A stretch of 59,180 nucleotides of DNA from a virus (IMGVR_UViG_3300037159_000004:1-59180), one strand, 5' to 3'. Numbered from the stretch's first letter, positions 9,979 to 19,618 are shown. Program-made: numbers and translations. The notes: generated by a model not told the origin, from the letters alone.

Positions 9979-10506
9979 CTAGTGCTGCGTGTGCCCGCTC
10001 AAGGACACACGTAGATTCTTTACGGGCGCGACCCCGGTCAGCTGCACCAGCTGAATTTCCACCCCCCACTTCCAGCCGCGCTTGCGGCACGCCGCGGTCA
10101 GCTCCTCGACCGTATCGCCGTGGACGATATCTGCCCACGACCTGTTGCTCAGTTCGGTACCGATGATGCCGGCGCAGCTGTCCGCAATGGCATCCTTCAG
10201 GTCGTGCACTTCTAGAATCGCTTTCTGAACGTCAGAGATGCGGTACGTGATCACCGCATCGAACCCGATAGCCTTACCGTCGCCCGTCGTCGTCGCGAGG
10301 CCAGTCAGCCGCTCCGTCCGCGGCACGATGAAGTCTTCGATCACGTTATCCACGAACGGAATCTTCCAGTACCAACCCCCGCTGTCGAGCACGCGCAGCA
10401 ACTTCCCCATGCGCAGCTGGACACCGCCAGAATACGGCGGCATCACCTTGATGGGCTCCAGCTCGTGCCAGATACTCGCCAGAAAATCTAGCAGTTTGTC
10501 CAGCAC
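9979..10506 (-). CDS. SPFH/band-7 domain protein
   Basis: GVQLRMGK..GWYWKIPFVD, TTGDGKAIGFDAVITYRI, WGVEIQLVQL. Confidence 0.8.
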   Translation of the reverse strand: MLDKLLDFLASIWHELEPIKVMPPYSGGVQLRMGKLLRVLDSGGWYWKIPFVDNVIEDFIVPRTERLTGLATTTGDGKAIGFDAVITYRISDVQKAILEVHDLKDAIADSCAGIIGTELSNRSWADIVHGDTVEELTAACRKRGWKWGVEIQLVQLTGVAPVKNLRVSLSGHTQH

Positions 10507-10510
10507 GTTA

Positions 10511-10987
10511 CTACTCCCGGTTCAGCTTGATGGCCATCGGCAGGAACCCGCTGTCGATATCCCAGCTCGCGTTCTCGTCTTTCGGTTTCTCTGGCCCAGC
10601 CTCGCGAGCGCCAGGCGCCAGCGGCGCGTCGCCGTACCGCTCGTGCAGCTCCTGTGACCAGAGAGCTGCGCGCCACACCAGCTGGCTCGCCTCGTTCAGG
10701 AGTGAGTCTACGGTCGTGACCCACTCTTTGGTGCCAGGCGTTATAGGTTCGCGCGCCAGCAGCGCCTCGATGTCGGCAACGTCGACGGCGTGCCGCACGA
10801 TGCAGTCGGGGTGATCGTTAGATTTACCGCGCGCATGGTGTAGTGGCTGGCCGGGGTTATGCTTGTCGTTCCCCGACTTAGAGATGCGCGCCATCCCAGC
10901 GAGCGCCGCCGGGGCGTACTTGAGGACGCCGGAGAAGAGCGGGACGTTCTTACGTTCCGCGCTGTCGGTTGGTAGGGTCATCTTCAT
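10511..10987 (-). CDS. DUF5664-like dATP/dGTP diphosphohydrolase domain protein
   Basis: P..LAGMARIS..GNDKH..HHARGKS.DHPDCIVRH..WRA pattern. Confidence 0.65.
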   Translation of the reverse strand: MKMTLPTDSAERKNVPLFSGVLKYAPAALAGMARISKSGNDKHNPGQPLHHARGKSNDHPDCIVRHAVDVADIEALLAREPITPGTKEWVTTVDSLLNEASQLVWRAALWSQELHERYGDAPLAPGAREAGPEKPKDENASWDIDSGFLPMAIKLNRE

Positions 10988-10988
10988 A

Positions 10989-11228
10989 TCAGCCTCCCGC
11001 TGGCTTGCTGTCGTGACCAAACTTCAGGCCATTGAACCAGCGCCGGAGCACGTAGCTTCGCACGAGGCTGATGACGGTGAATACGAGCCCTATCTCGAAC
11101 GCGGTCCCGCCGCTCAGCTTGAAGCCGAACATCGGAAGGATAACCATGTTCGCGACCCAGTTGATCGAGAAGCCGACGAAGATGTTCGCCCACGCCTCGG
11201 CAAAAGATCCAAGTTTTGTCTGTGCCAT
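10989..11228 (-). CDS. Small two-TM phage membrane protein
   Basis: MAQTKLGSFAEAWANIFVGF...FTVISLVRSYVLRRWFN, a recurrent phage family pattern. Confidence 0.75.
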   Translation of the reverse strand: MAQTKLGSFAEAWANIFVGFSINWVANMVILPMFGFKLSGGTAFEIGLVFTVISLVRSYVLRRWFNGLKFGHDSKPAGG

Positions 11229-11231
11229 TAC

Positions 11232-11384
11232 TTACTCCATGCTACAGTGCCAGCGCACCGCGTCGTTGTGAGCGGGAAGCGCCCCGCCTGCGATTTCACA
11301 CGTAGCTTCGGTCGGGTACACCTCACGATGTATCACCTGCGTGTGTCCTGGATGAATAAACCACCAAATTAAAATCCACCTCAT
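11232..11384 (-). CDS. Small hypothetical protein (50 aa)
   Basis: MRWILIWWFIHPG...TCE...WHCSME; ATGA-coupled to the upstream gene and fills the gap. Confidence 0.55.
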   Translation of the reverse strand: MRWILIWWFIHPGHTQVIHREVYPTEATCEIAGGALPAHNDAVRWHCSME

Positions 11385-12160
11385 GCGTATCGCCTCCGTA
11401 GGTAGTCCATCGAGAGCGGCATGATATCATAGGTGCCGTCGCCGCGCACCTCATTAAGCACGACGATGCCGCGCCACTCGCCGTTGCTCTGCACGTCCCG
11501 GTACACCTCGTCGTGCAGGTAGAAGCTGCCGGCGACCAGACCGTGACGGACCAGCTTGCCGGGGTACTGCTGGCACCCGTACAGGAACCCTTGCTGGTGC
11601 CCCTGGACGAAGCTCTGCCCGATCTTGTTCAGCCGGTTCGGTATCGTGCCCCCGACCGGACGACCGCTCAGCGTGTTGCTGAAGTAGTGCGAGTACCAGA
11701 TACCGTCGATGGGGACAATCTCTAAGAACTCGTGTCGCTCGAAGCCGGGCGTTAGCATGTCGTCGCGGGTCAGCATACCCTCCAGCTTCGGCTCTTCGCT
11801 GACGGCACGGTCGACGCGGAACTCGTGGTTGCCGAACGTGAACACCTTGCGCGGGTTCCACTTCTTGTATTTGCGTCGTGCCTGCTCCGCCTCCATCGGC
11901 GCCACCAGCGTACGGAACGCTTCGTTACCGACCTCGATGTCCGCCTTGAACCGTGCGCCCTCAGTCTCCTTGGAGCCGGGCAGGTTGTGCTTGGAGCAGG
12001 AGGGCATGTCCCACCAGTCGCCAATGACAACGATCACGTCCGGCTTGTAGTCAACGATGGCCTGCGCGGCCCAGCCGATATGTTCGAGCGGTACCCCGGG
12101 CCGGATCTGTGTGTCCGGTATGATCATGTGCCGCCGGGCGGTTGAGTGAGATTTCGTCAT
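11381..12160 (-). CDS. Calcineurin-like metallophosphoesterase
   Basis: IIPDTQ, IGDWWD, FGNHE, SHY, QGHQQ motifs. Confidence 0.85.
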   Translation of the reverse strand: MTKSHSTARRHMIIPDTQIRPGVPLEHIGWAAQAIVDYKPDVIVVIGDWWDMPSCSKHNLPGSKETEGARFKADIEVGNEAFRTLVAPMEAEQARRKYKKWNPRKVFTFGNHEFRVDRAVSEEPKLEGMLTRDDMLTPGFERHEFLEIVPIDGIWYSHYFSNTLSGRPVGGTIPNRLNKIGQSFVQGHQQGFLYGCQQYPGKLVRHGLVAGSFYLHDEVYRDVQSNGEWRGIVVLNEVRGDGTYDIMPLSMDYLRRRYA

Positions 12161-12537
12161 TGCGTTCTGCTCCGTTTTAAATAATTAATAGCTAGTGAGA
12201 GGGTATCCTCAGAATCTCCGAACAGTCCTATGCCTTGATTACACGGGCCGCAAAGCCAGCCACGAAACTCGCCGGTCAAGTGGCAGTGGTCTAGGTGCAT
12301 GCCGTTTTTCCTGGGAGGATTACCGCAGCACTCACATGTGTTCGGCTTAGGTCTAGTCGGCTCCGGCTGCTTCCGTGCTTTTCGTTTACGCTCAGGGTAA
12401 TCGATGCGCGCCTGCTTTTCTCTGGCTTTAACCTTATCCGCGTTGAGAGCGTACCATTTACGGTACATGTCACGAACCTTATCTCGGTTCTTGGCCGCCC
12501 ACCTCCGACTAGCCGCCTTATGTGCTTCAGTGCTCAT
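12157..12537 (-). CDS. Endonuclease VII-family (HNH) homing endonuclease
   Basis: CECCG..HLDHCHLTGEFRGWLCGPCNQGIG. Confidence 0.85.
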   Translation of the reverse strand: MSTEAHKAASRRWAAKNRDKVRDMYRKWYALNADKVKAREKQARIDYPERKRKARKQPEPTRPKPNTCECCGNPPRKNGMHLDHCHLTGEFRGWLCGPCNQGIGLFGDSEDTLSLAINYLKRSRTQ

Positions 12538-13945
12538 GACGTACTCTGGATCTGGCGCGCTTCAAAGCGTCCTCGATGGATATTTTACGAAAGTTGCTGT
12601 CTATCACGTCGCCGTCCAAAGTGTTCTTTGCCTTTGCGTACCATACACGAACCGCCGCCTTTTTACCAGCCTGAGCTTGCCGAGCTGGGCCAACCCTTTC
12701 GAGCATCTGAACCCAAAGTTCCGCTGACCACGTATACGAATAATGTAAAATATCGCGGCATGGCTCGTGTAGGTTCAGCCCGAACGCGCTCTGCTCCTGC
12801 AGCAGCATAACACGGTACCTCCTGGCGTTCCAGTCGCTCTCGTCCTGCTTGCCAGAGTAGGTACGTGCTGAGATACCACGCTTCTTGAGGTGCGCCATTA
12901 TGCGTGGCGGGTCGCTCTTCCACCAGTAGCTCACCAGAAGAGACTCAGGCTCTATCTGGTCAAGGACATCGTCAAGAGCTTCGAGGCGAGCCTCGTGAAC
13001 AGCGTGCGTCTGCTCGGTGGCAGTATCGATAATACTGCCAGCACAAATCTGAAGCAGCTTGGAAGACTTAATCGCAGCAGTGCCAGCTTCAATTTGCGCA
13101 TCGTCCACCTCCAAGAAGAATTCTTTTTCCATCCGCTTGTATTGTGCGCGAGCCGCTGGCGGCAGCTCGAACTCGACGGGCAGCAGCTGGGGCTTCGTGA
13201 TGTCGAGCCAGTCCTCTGCTCTATACGCAACCAAAACATCCTTCACCGCCTCCTGGATCGCCTCGGCCGCGCCGCTCTGCAGGACAATCTTCCTTGTGTA
13301 CCGATTCTCCATCAGGTAGGCCTCGGAGAACGCGGTATAGCTCCTCTTCAATCGCTCGCCGAAGTCGACGAAGTACATTTGCCCCCATAAATCGGAAAGT
13401 CCATTGGGCGCTGGTGTGCCTGTGAGGTTCCACCAGCGACCAGTGAATTGCGCTATATCCGACAGCGCCGATGCTCGCACTGTACCCTTGCTCAATCGGA
13501 ACCCTTTGAGCCTCGAACACTCGTCGGCAATAACTATTCTGAAAGGCCACCGCTCTTGCGGCCACAGCGTCACCAGCCACGGTACCAGCTCGTAGTTGAT
13601 GATGTAGATGTCGGCAGTTGGCCGCCGCAAAATATCTAAGCGCTCTTGCAACGTGCCAGTTATCTGAACCACGTTCAGGTGCTGAAAACTGGACCATTTA
13701 TCTTTCTCCCCAGACCAGACGACGTCGGCTACTCGCTTTGGCGCAAGAACGAGCGCCGGGAAAAAGTTCGAGCCGATTAACTTCAGCATGTCCAGGGCCA
13801 AAAGGCTCGTCCCCGTTTTTCCCAGGCCAGGGTCCGCCACCAACATGGAGCGGGGGCGGTCCATTAGGAATAGCGCCGCTTCCGACTGGTAGTCGCGGGG
13901 GTTGAAGGCCGGCAAAATCAATGAGCTGAGCGATGTGTCGATCAC
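12527..13945 (-). CDS. SNF2-family DNA helicase
   Basis: PRDYQ, DPGLGKT, IADECS, LTGTPAPN, GLNL motifs. Confidence 0.9.
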   Translation of the reverse strand: MIDTSLSSLILPAFNPRDYQSEAALFLMDRPRSMLVADPGLGKTGTSLLALDMLKLIGSNFFPALVLAPKRVADVVWSGEKDKWSSFQHLNVVQITGTLQERLDILRRPTADIYIINYELVPWLVTLWPQERWPFRIVIADECSRLKGFRLSKGTVRASALSDIAQFTGRWWNLTGTPAPNGLSDLWGQMYFVDFGERLKRSYTAFSEAYLMENRYTRKIVLQSGAAEAIQEAVKDVLVAYRAEDWLDITKPQLLPVEFELPPAARAQYKRMEKEFFLEVDDAQIEAGTAAIKSSKLLQICAGSIIDTATEQTHAVHEARLEALDDVLDQIEPESLLVSYWWKSDPPRIMAHLKKRGISARTYSGKQDESDWNARRYRVMLLQEQSAFGLNLHEPCRDILHYSYTWSAELWVQMLERVGPARQAQAGKKAAVRVWYAKAKNTLDGDVIDSNFRKISIEDALKRARSRVRHEH

Positions 13946-14204
13946 AGCCGATCACCCACACGTCCATGCCGCGCTTACGCCAGAACCCGTGCCGGCGCAG
14001 CTGGTGCTGCTCCGGCTCGACATCCTCTGCCCACTTCGTTTCCGCCAGGCACACGTACCCGTTCGGGAAGCTGCAGAGACGGTCAGGGTCGCCCCTGACC
14101 GTGGTGATGTGTTTCTCGCACGCACCCCCTAGCTCCTCAATTCGCTCTCTCAGTGGTGTCTCCACTGATGATTCGCGGCGCGTCTTCTGCCAGCTTCTCG
14201 GCAT
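13698..14204 (-). CDS. VRR-NUC domain nuclease
   Basis: ESSVE..GDPDRL..LAETK..Q..H motif; C-terminal extension overlaps the helicase. Confidence 0.8.
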   Translation of the reverse strand: MPRSWQKTRRESSVETPLRERIEELGGACEKHITTVRGDPDRLCSFPNGYVCLAETKWAEDVEPEQHQLRRHGFWRKRGMDVWVIGCDRHIAQLIDFAGLQPPRLPVGSGAIPNGPPPLHVGGGPWPGKNGDEPFGPGHAEVNRLELFPGARSCAKASSRRRLVWGER

Positions 14205-14478
14205 CGCTCTTCTCCTGGTTCATGATCACCGCACCCTTCACTGCGCGGCCGAAGACCTTGCTCGCCTGCACCCAGGCCTGCGCCTCGTCCACGCCGAAGA
14301 AGGTCGCCGCCCACACGCGCCGGTCCGTCATCATGTCGCGGCCGTAGACCGCGTACATCGGGATCGTTGCGCCGTTCATCGGCATCAGCTGCGTCTCAGC
14401 GGTCAGCGTCTTCGGGAGAGCGAAAGATGTTTCAACTTCCGCCTTCAGTTCGTACTTTGTCTTGTCTTTCTCAGCCAT
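14137..14478 (-). CDS. Hypothetical protein
   Basis: GGAG RBS upstream of MAEKDK; lies in the operon. Confidence 0.6.
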   Translation of the reverse strand: MAEKDKTKYELKAEVETSFALPKTLTAETQLMPMNGATIPMYAVYGRDMMTDRRVWAATFFGVDEAQAWVQASKVFGRAVKGAVIMNQEKSDAEKLAEDAPRIISGDTTERAN

Positions 14479-14479
14479 T

Positions 14480-14695
14480 TTATTTCTCCGATTTAAAACT
14501 TGCACGGCTGCCGGATAGCGCGGCCCCCAGTATACCAAGCTGCCATGATTGGAACCACGTCAGCTTACTGACATTGAACACGGTGCTAATTACGGCGTTC
14601 CACGTCCACTCTATAAGGAACGCATTGATAAAAACAAGTAATGCGAGCGTCAGAACGAACACAATACCGGCGTTAAAAAGTTTCCATCCGTCCAT
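14480..14695 (-). CDS. Small membrane protein
   Basis: Hydrophobic 71 aa with GAGG RBS. Confidence 0.65.
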   Translation of the reverse strand: MDGWKLFNAGIVFVLTLALLVFINAFLIEWTWNAVISTVFNVSKLTWFQSWQLGILGAALSGSRASFKSEK

Positions 14696-14698
14696 AAA

Positions 14699-16948
14699 TC
14701 ACCTCTTTCCGTAACGAAAATTAGTCCACAAGTCGGCTGCAATGGGCAGCCCCTCCATCCATTTCTCCAACTTTTTGATCACCGCCAGGAACCGCTCCTC
14801 GGGATACGAACCCTTCGGCACATCCAATCCGATTTCATCATGAACGTGCAGCGAGATCGCGGTGCGTGCGTACGGCTCCAGCGTGTTCAGGTACGCGACT
14901 ATCTCGGGCACCTTCATCGTGTCGTCGTGCACTCGGAGCATCGCGGCGCGCAGCACATCGTTCGCGATGGCCTGCACAATATTCTCAACGAAGAGCCCCG
15001 ACCAGGCGCGCTCGCGGCGCCAGCTGCGTCCGCGTACCGTTGAGTAGGTGACGTACCGCGAGCGCCACGCGCGCCCGCCGAGCACGTCCTCGATCTCTTC
15101 TGTCTTCAGCTGCGGGGCCGCGTACAGGAGACGCCGACCGCTCGGGAGCTGGATCACCAGGAACGAGGCGTTGCACCAGACCTGGCACCGGCCGACGTTG
15201 TAGACGGTCCCGTTCTTGTCGGCGACCGCTTCGAGGATCGCGGTGTGCAGGTCGTAGCGCAGCTTGTTGATCGCGGGGTTCGCGGTCCGGAACGATTGCT
15301 TCAGGATGTCGCACGCCATATAGACGTTGCGCTCCAGCTCGAAGTCTTCGCCCTTGAGGAACGCGCGCTCCCAGGCCGTGTTCGCTTTCTCTAGCTGCTC
15401 AGGTGTCGCGCCCGGGAGCACAACGAACTGTAGCGGCTCCAGGTCCATCTGGTAGGCGATGGCCATGTTGACGAGCGCCGCGACGCCGCCACCGAAACCG
15501 AACGCGAGGATACAGACCTTACCCATCTGCCGCTCAGACTCGTTCACTTCCTCGGGCGGCTTCCCTAGCATCTTGCCGGCGATGATCCGGTACGGATCCT
15601 TCGACTTGTCTTTCGGGTTCTCGAAGAGATTGTTGAAGGCGGTGAGCACTGATGTCTCGCCGGCAACCCAGGCCGTGATGACGGTCTCGACGTTCTTGAA
15701 GTCGGCGACGACCAGCTCGTTCCCCTGCGCGGCGATGATGCCGTGACGGACAGCGATAGCGACCGCCTCAAACGGCCCGCCGTAGACTAGTGGGTTGTTG
15801 AGTGCAGCGGCAGAATAGATCCCTGGGATGATGACATCATCGATAACGCTCGCTTTAACAGGGTCCAGTTCAATTCGTCCGGCGCGAGGGTGTCCCGGAG
15901 GGCGCCGGACGGTGATAGCCGGGCGTGCCATGTTATGCGGCTGGTATCCGCGAGCCGCGTGACGACCTGTACGACCCGCACCTGACCAACGGCACCAGTG
16001 GCGGATGCGACTCTCGGGGCCAACCAGCACAAGTCCCCGCTTGAATTTAGTACCAGCACTTTTTCCGGCTTCGAGCCGCTCTTCGAGAACAGTGCGAAGA
16101 ATTGGGTCCAGGTCGTCACTTTCGAGGTAGTCACGTACGTCTCCTGCTCTTAGGGATTCGATGTCGATGTCGTAGCGGTTACGGATGTACGCGAGCAGCC
16201 GCTTCGCCTGCGTCGCGGAACCGATCTGATCTTCGGTGTTGGCGCGCATCACCTTGCGCGACGCCTCGCGCGCTTGGTCAAGGAAGTCGGATGCCGCGGC
16301 CGCGAGTTTCACATCGAAGCCGAACCCGCGCTCGTTCACGAGCTGGTCCAGCATCCAGCTCCGTAGGTTCACGCCGGCATAGTTGACGTGCGGCATCCGG
16401 TTGAAGATCGTGCGCAGCGCCTCAGTGTCTCGGATCGCGTACGCGCAGAAGCGCGCCCACTCCTCGGGTGCCTCGTGCGGCTCGATGAAGCGACCGAGCG
16501 CCGGCTGTATCGTGCAGAAGGTGTCGATCAGCTTCTTGTCGTCGACCAGCTTCGCTTCGTCTTCGTTGAGCCCACACACCTTCCCGAGCCCTTCGAGAGA
16601 TCCCTGGAGCCCGTGCGCGCTCGCGCCGGCCATCGTGCACCGCCATCGCGAGACCGACGTGATCAGCTTGACCGCACGCGCCAGGATCAGTCTGTCGAAG
16701 GCTGCGTTGTGCGCGACGATCAGGAACTCAGGGTCATCGAGCGCGTCACGCAGATCCTTCGGGCACGGCTCCCCAAAGATGGGGAGCCATATCTTCACGG
16801 CGCCGGTCGCGAACCCGTACGTCACGATCATGCACTCGGCCGCCCGCGTGTAGCGGTCCGTCCCGACAGAGATGTCGAGACGGTTCCGCGTCTCCGTGTC
16901 CAGGAAGAGGATCTTCAAAACGGTATCGCCGACGCGGCCCTTCGCCAC
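14699..16948 (-). CDS. Family A DNA polymerase (APSE-type) with 3'-5' exonuclease
   Basis: Exo motifs LDTET, AHNAAFD, YAIRD; motif A VVADFKNVE; motif B RQMGK..LAFGFGG; motif C HVHDEI. Confidence 0.92.
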   Translation of the reverse strand: MAKGRVGDTVLKILFLDTETRNRLDISVGTDRYTRAAECMIVTYGFATGAVKIWLPIFGEPCPKDLRDALDDPEFLIVAHNAAFDRLILARAVKLITSVSRWRCTMAGASAHGLQGSLEGLGKVCGLNEDEAKLVDDKKLIDTFCTIQPALGRFIEPHEAPEEWARFCAYAIRDTEALRTIFNRMPHVNYAGVNLRSWMLDQLVNERGFGFDVKLAAAASDFLDQAREASRKVMRANTEDQIGSATQAKRLLAYIRNRYDIDIESLRAGDVRDYLESDDLDPILRTVLEERLEAGKSAGTKFKRGLVLVGPESRIRHWCRWSGAGRTGRHAARGYQPHNMARPAITVRRPPGHPRAGRIELDPVKASVIDDVIIPGIYSAAALNNPLVYGGPFEAVAIAVRHGIIAAQGNELVVADFKNVETVITAWVAGETSVLTAFNNLFENPKDKSKDPYRIIAGKMLGKPPEEVNESERQMGKVCILAFGFGGGVAALVNMAIAYQMDLEPLQFVVLPGATPEQLEKANTAWERAFLKGEDFELERNVYMACDILKQSFRTANPAINKLRYDLHTAILEAVADKNGTVYNVGRCQVWCNASFLVIQLPSGRRLLYAAPQLKTEEIEDVLGGRAWRSRYVTYSTVRGRSWRRERAWSGLFVENIVQAIANDVLRAAMLRVHDDTMKVPEIVAYLNTLEPYARTAISLHVHDEIGLDVPKGSYPEERFLAVIKKLEKWMEGLPIAADLWTNFRYGKR

Positions 16949-17056
16949 GCCTCATACGCGGCCGCGGGCGTGTGCCCGAACCCGTGGACAGGGTACGCGT
17001 CGTTGCTAAGCCTCTCCCGCTTTATGCGGCACACCCACGTTATCGTGCCGGGCAGC

Positions 17057-17419
17057 TTACTGATCTTCGGTTTCGTCAGCGATGACAATCGGCGACGGTT
17101 GGCTTGCAGCTTCTGGAACTCCAAGAACATGAGGCGTGACGACCGGAGGGGTGGTGAGTCTTGCGTATTCATTGAGCACCTGTTGAAAGTATCGGTTTTT
17201 GGCGAGCATCCCCTGCCGGGATTTTCGGATCTGGTTCATGCGGTCAGCGAGGTCGTGGAGCCCACGCTCCGCGAAGAAGCGGCGCATGTTCTTACGCTGC
17301 GTGCGCAGGTACCGCGCCAGCAGCTTGTTCACTACCGGGCCGACCGGCTCGTAGCCCATGCTGGCGAAAGGCTTCTGTTGCGTGTTCACAGCTTCACCTC
17401 GTCGTACTCGATACGCCAC
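17057..17419 (-). CDS. Hypothetical protein
   Basis: ORF in the replication operon; start probably the internal GTG (VNTQQ). Confidence 0.5.
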   Translation of the reverse strand: MAYRVRRGEAVNTQQKPFASMGYEPVGPVVNKLLARYLRTQRKNMRRFFAERGLHDLADRMNQIRKSRQGMLAKNRYFQQVLNEYARLTTPPVVTPHVLGVPEAASQPSPIVIADETEDQ

Positions 17420-17589
17420 ACGCGAATCTTCGGCTTACGCACCGCGATGTCCGGGAACATCTCCAGGTACTCGCGCCATTCCTTACGTACCTCCGCCTTC
17501 GTCTTGCAGCGGGCGTGACGCGCCAGGTCCGGTACCCCTGTCGCGTGCTTATCGCTCGTGTCTTCCCAATCGTAAAACGCTTCCGACAT
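17386..17589 (-). CDS. Hypothetical protein
   Basis: Strong RBS GAAACTAGGAG upstream. Confidence 0.65.
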   Translation of the reverse strand: MSEAFYDWEDTSDKHATGVPDLARHARCKTKAEVRKEWREYLEMFPDIAVRKPKIRVWRIEYDEVKL

Positions 17590-17708
17590 TTCAGTCTCCT
17601 AGTTTCAGCCCATCTCCCGCGCGACGCCAGTGCCATCAGATGCACCAACTTAATTTGCCAGCTTTTATTGACTGGACGGCGGCGCGCGGGCGGGACTCGG
17701 TTACAACC

Positions 17709-18374
17709 TCAGATCAACCCAGCGCCGCCGGTCGGTGCCGTGGCGCCTGCCGGCGCTGCGTCAGCGTCCTGCGGGACCAGACCGAACTCGCTGCCGCTCG
17801 CGACCGAGCTGCCGCGCAACCGCTCACCGTGCTTCGCGAACTGCACGCCGAGCACGCTGCAACCTAACCCGGGAGAGTTGCCGTAGAGGTAGGTGTAGAA
17901 CTCCAACAGGACGTTGGCGTAGCTGCCCTCGTAGGGCCAGCACGGGTGGCTCGGGGTCAGGATCACGGGCGTGTTCCTGTTCGAGATGTTCACGCCGTTC
18001 TCGGTCACCAGGATCGTGGGCTGATCCTTGTTACCTGCGGAGAGATAGAGCTGGCCCGCGTAGGCCGGCTTCCCCGGGCGGTACTGGTCACCGCGCTGTA
18101 GCGGGAACCGCTGATTGTTTCCCTTGATCATGTCCAGCGTCTGCTGGGTCTGCTCTTTCCACTTCGCCGTCGCGACGTCGCGGATCAGCTGCTGCAGCTG
18201 GGGGAACTGCGGGTGGGTCGGCGGGAACACCGCATCGATGTGGAACTTCCCGTCCGCCTTGCCGGTGGTCGGATCAATCTTCGCGTCGCGGCCGACGTAC
18301 GCTTTGGTCAACGACACGCGCAGAAGGCGCACGTTGTCCAGCTTGATCTGACGGTTTACCATTTCTGTCGACAT
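17709..18374 (-). CDS. ssDNA-binding protein (DUF2815 / gp2.5-like)
   Basis: IKLDNVRL, LQRGD, YEGSYAN, GLGCSVLGVQFAKHGERL; synteny with exonuclease and PolA. Confidence 0.85.
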   Translation of the reverse strand: MSTEMVNRQIKLDNVRLLRVSLTKAYVGRDAKIDPTTGKADGKFHIDAVFPPTHPQFPQLQQLIRDVATAKWKEQTQQTLDMIKGNNQRFPLQRGDQYRPGKPAYAGQLYLSAGNKDQPTILVTENGVNISNRNTPVILTPSHPCWPYEGSYANVLLEFYTYLYGNSPGLGCSVLGVQFAKHGERLRGSSVASGSEFGLVPQDADAAPAGATAPTGGAGLI

Positions 18375-18397
18375 CTTCGATTCTCCTGTTACTAACT

Positions 18398-19618
18398 TTA
18401 GATCAGTCCCGGCTCTTGCGTCGGGATAAATTGGATCGGCGTCACCGCCTCTCCCTTATGGGTCAGCGGCACGAGCCGGAGCTGAGGCTCCGACTGTGTA
18501 ACCAGCCCCTCGTCTGCGAGCGCTCTGTACTCGCCCTTCAGAATCTTTTCAGCCTGGGTCGGCGAGACGATCTCGCGCGGCTCGTAGATCTTGTCCGGGT
18601 CCGCCAGCAGCTGCATCATCGACTCAGCCTTCGCCTTGTCGACCCACACACGCTTGCCCTTGTTCCCGTAGATCATCTTCTGGCCGTCGATGACGACGCC
18701 CAGCTTCGCGCGGCGCAGCGCCTCAGCTCGAAAGTCGGTGATGGCCGCCGAGATTTCATCCAGCTGCGCGTACACGACACCGAGCGAGCTGTCGTCCAGC
18801 TCGTGCCGCTTCACCAGCGGCTCGAACATGCTCATGATCCGCTTCGCTCGCGCGACGCAGCGCCCGCGCACCTCGCAGTAGGTGCACTGCTCTTCGCCGG
18901 CCACCAGGTGCAGCTGCGGGTCGAACGGTACGTTCTCGTGGTAGATGTCGTACGCCAGCTTCGCGACAGGGCGGATCAGCGCCATGAAGGTTTCCAGCTC
19001 GGCGCGGGTGTAGGTCCACTCGTCGTAGTGGTTCAGCTTCGGCTGGTGGATGCAGAACCGGAACGCGTTGAAGTCACCGATCAGCATGAACTCAAGCATC
19101 GCGGCGCAGAGATAGATCAGGCCCTGCGTGTTGTCTTTCGCGTTGACGAGCAGGTACCCATCCTTGTAGTCGTGCACGCTCAGGACGCCCTTGTAGAGCT
19201 GATCGCGGATGACGGCCCCGCCCTCAGGGTACAGCTTGATGATGTCGCTGTGCCCCTGCTGGTCAGGCACGCCCAGGACCGGGGTCGTGTCGAGCCGGTG
19301 CTCGACCAGCATCTCGCCCGGCTCGCGGTTGATCACCTTCACGCACGAGCGGACGCGGTCGAGCCGCTCCTCGTCGACCTTGAACGTGAAGGGCGGGTTC
19401 TCACCGAACGTCAGCTCCTTCCCGAGCCAGCTATCGAGATCGAGCGCTGGGTTCTCCAGCTGCCACTGCAGGAGCCAGTGCGAGCAGGTTCCGCTGGCGC
19501 TGTGCTCTTTGTCGGGGTCCGGCACACCGCGCGACAGATAGAGCGCGCCGACGCAGCGCAGCCAGCGCGAGGAGCCGGAAGGCGCAAGGATTGAGTGCGT
19601 ACCGCTCACTGGAACCAC
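18398..19618 (-). CDS. DUF2800 Cas4-like PD-(D/E)XK exonuclease
   Basis: HSILAPSGSSRWLRC, GT.SH, GHSD, DYKDG, N.QG.IY, C.YC...C. Confidence 0.85.
   Translation of the reverse strand: MVPVSGTHSILAPSGSSRWLRCVGALYLSRGVPDPDKEHSASGTCSHWLLQWQLENPALDLDSWLGKELTFGENPPFTFKVDEERLDRVRSCVKVINREPGEMLVEHRLDTTPVLGVPDQQGHSDIIKLYPEGGAVIRDQLYKGVLSVHDYKDGYLLVNAKDNTQGLIYLCAAMLEFMLIGDFNAFRFCIHQPKLNHYDEWTYTRAELETFMALIRPVAKLAYDIYHENVPFDPQLHLVAGEEQCTYCEVRGRCVARAKRIMSMFEPLVKRHELDDSSLGVVYAQLDEISAAITDFRAEALRRAKLGVVIDGQKMIYGNKGKRVWVDKAKAESMMQLLADPDKIYEPREIVSPTQAEKILKGEYRALADEGLVTQSEPQLRLVPLTHKGEAVTPIQFIPTQEPGLI

Noticed and set aside
10511-16948. 2-aminoadenine (Z) genome pathway
   Set aside because: A DUF5664-like gene and an odd PolA are present, but no PurZ/adenylosuccinate synthetase homologue was seen.
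16388-19594. Long antisense ORFs (16388-17518, 18416-19594; also 3809-4735 and 47376-48488)
   Set aside because: Shadow frames of GC-rich genes, with no RBS or motifs.
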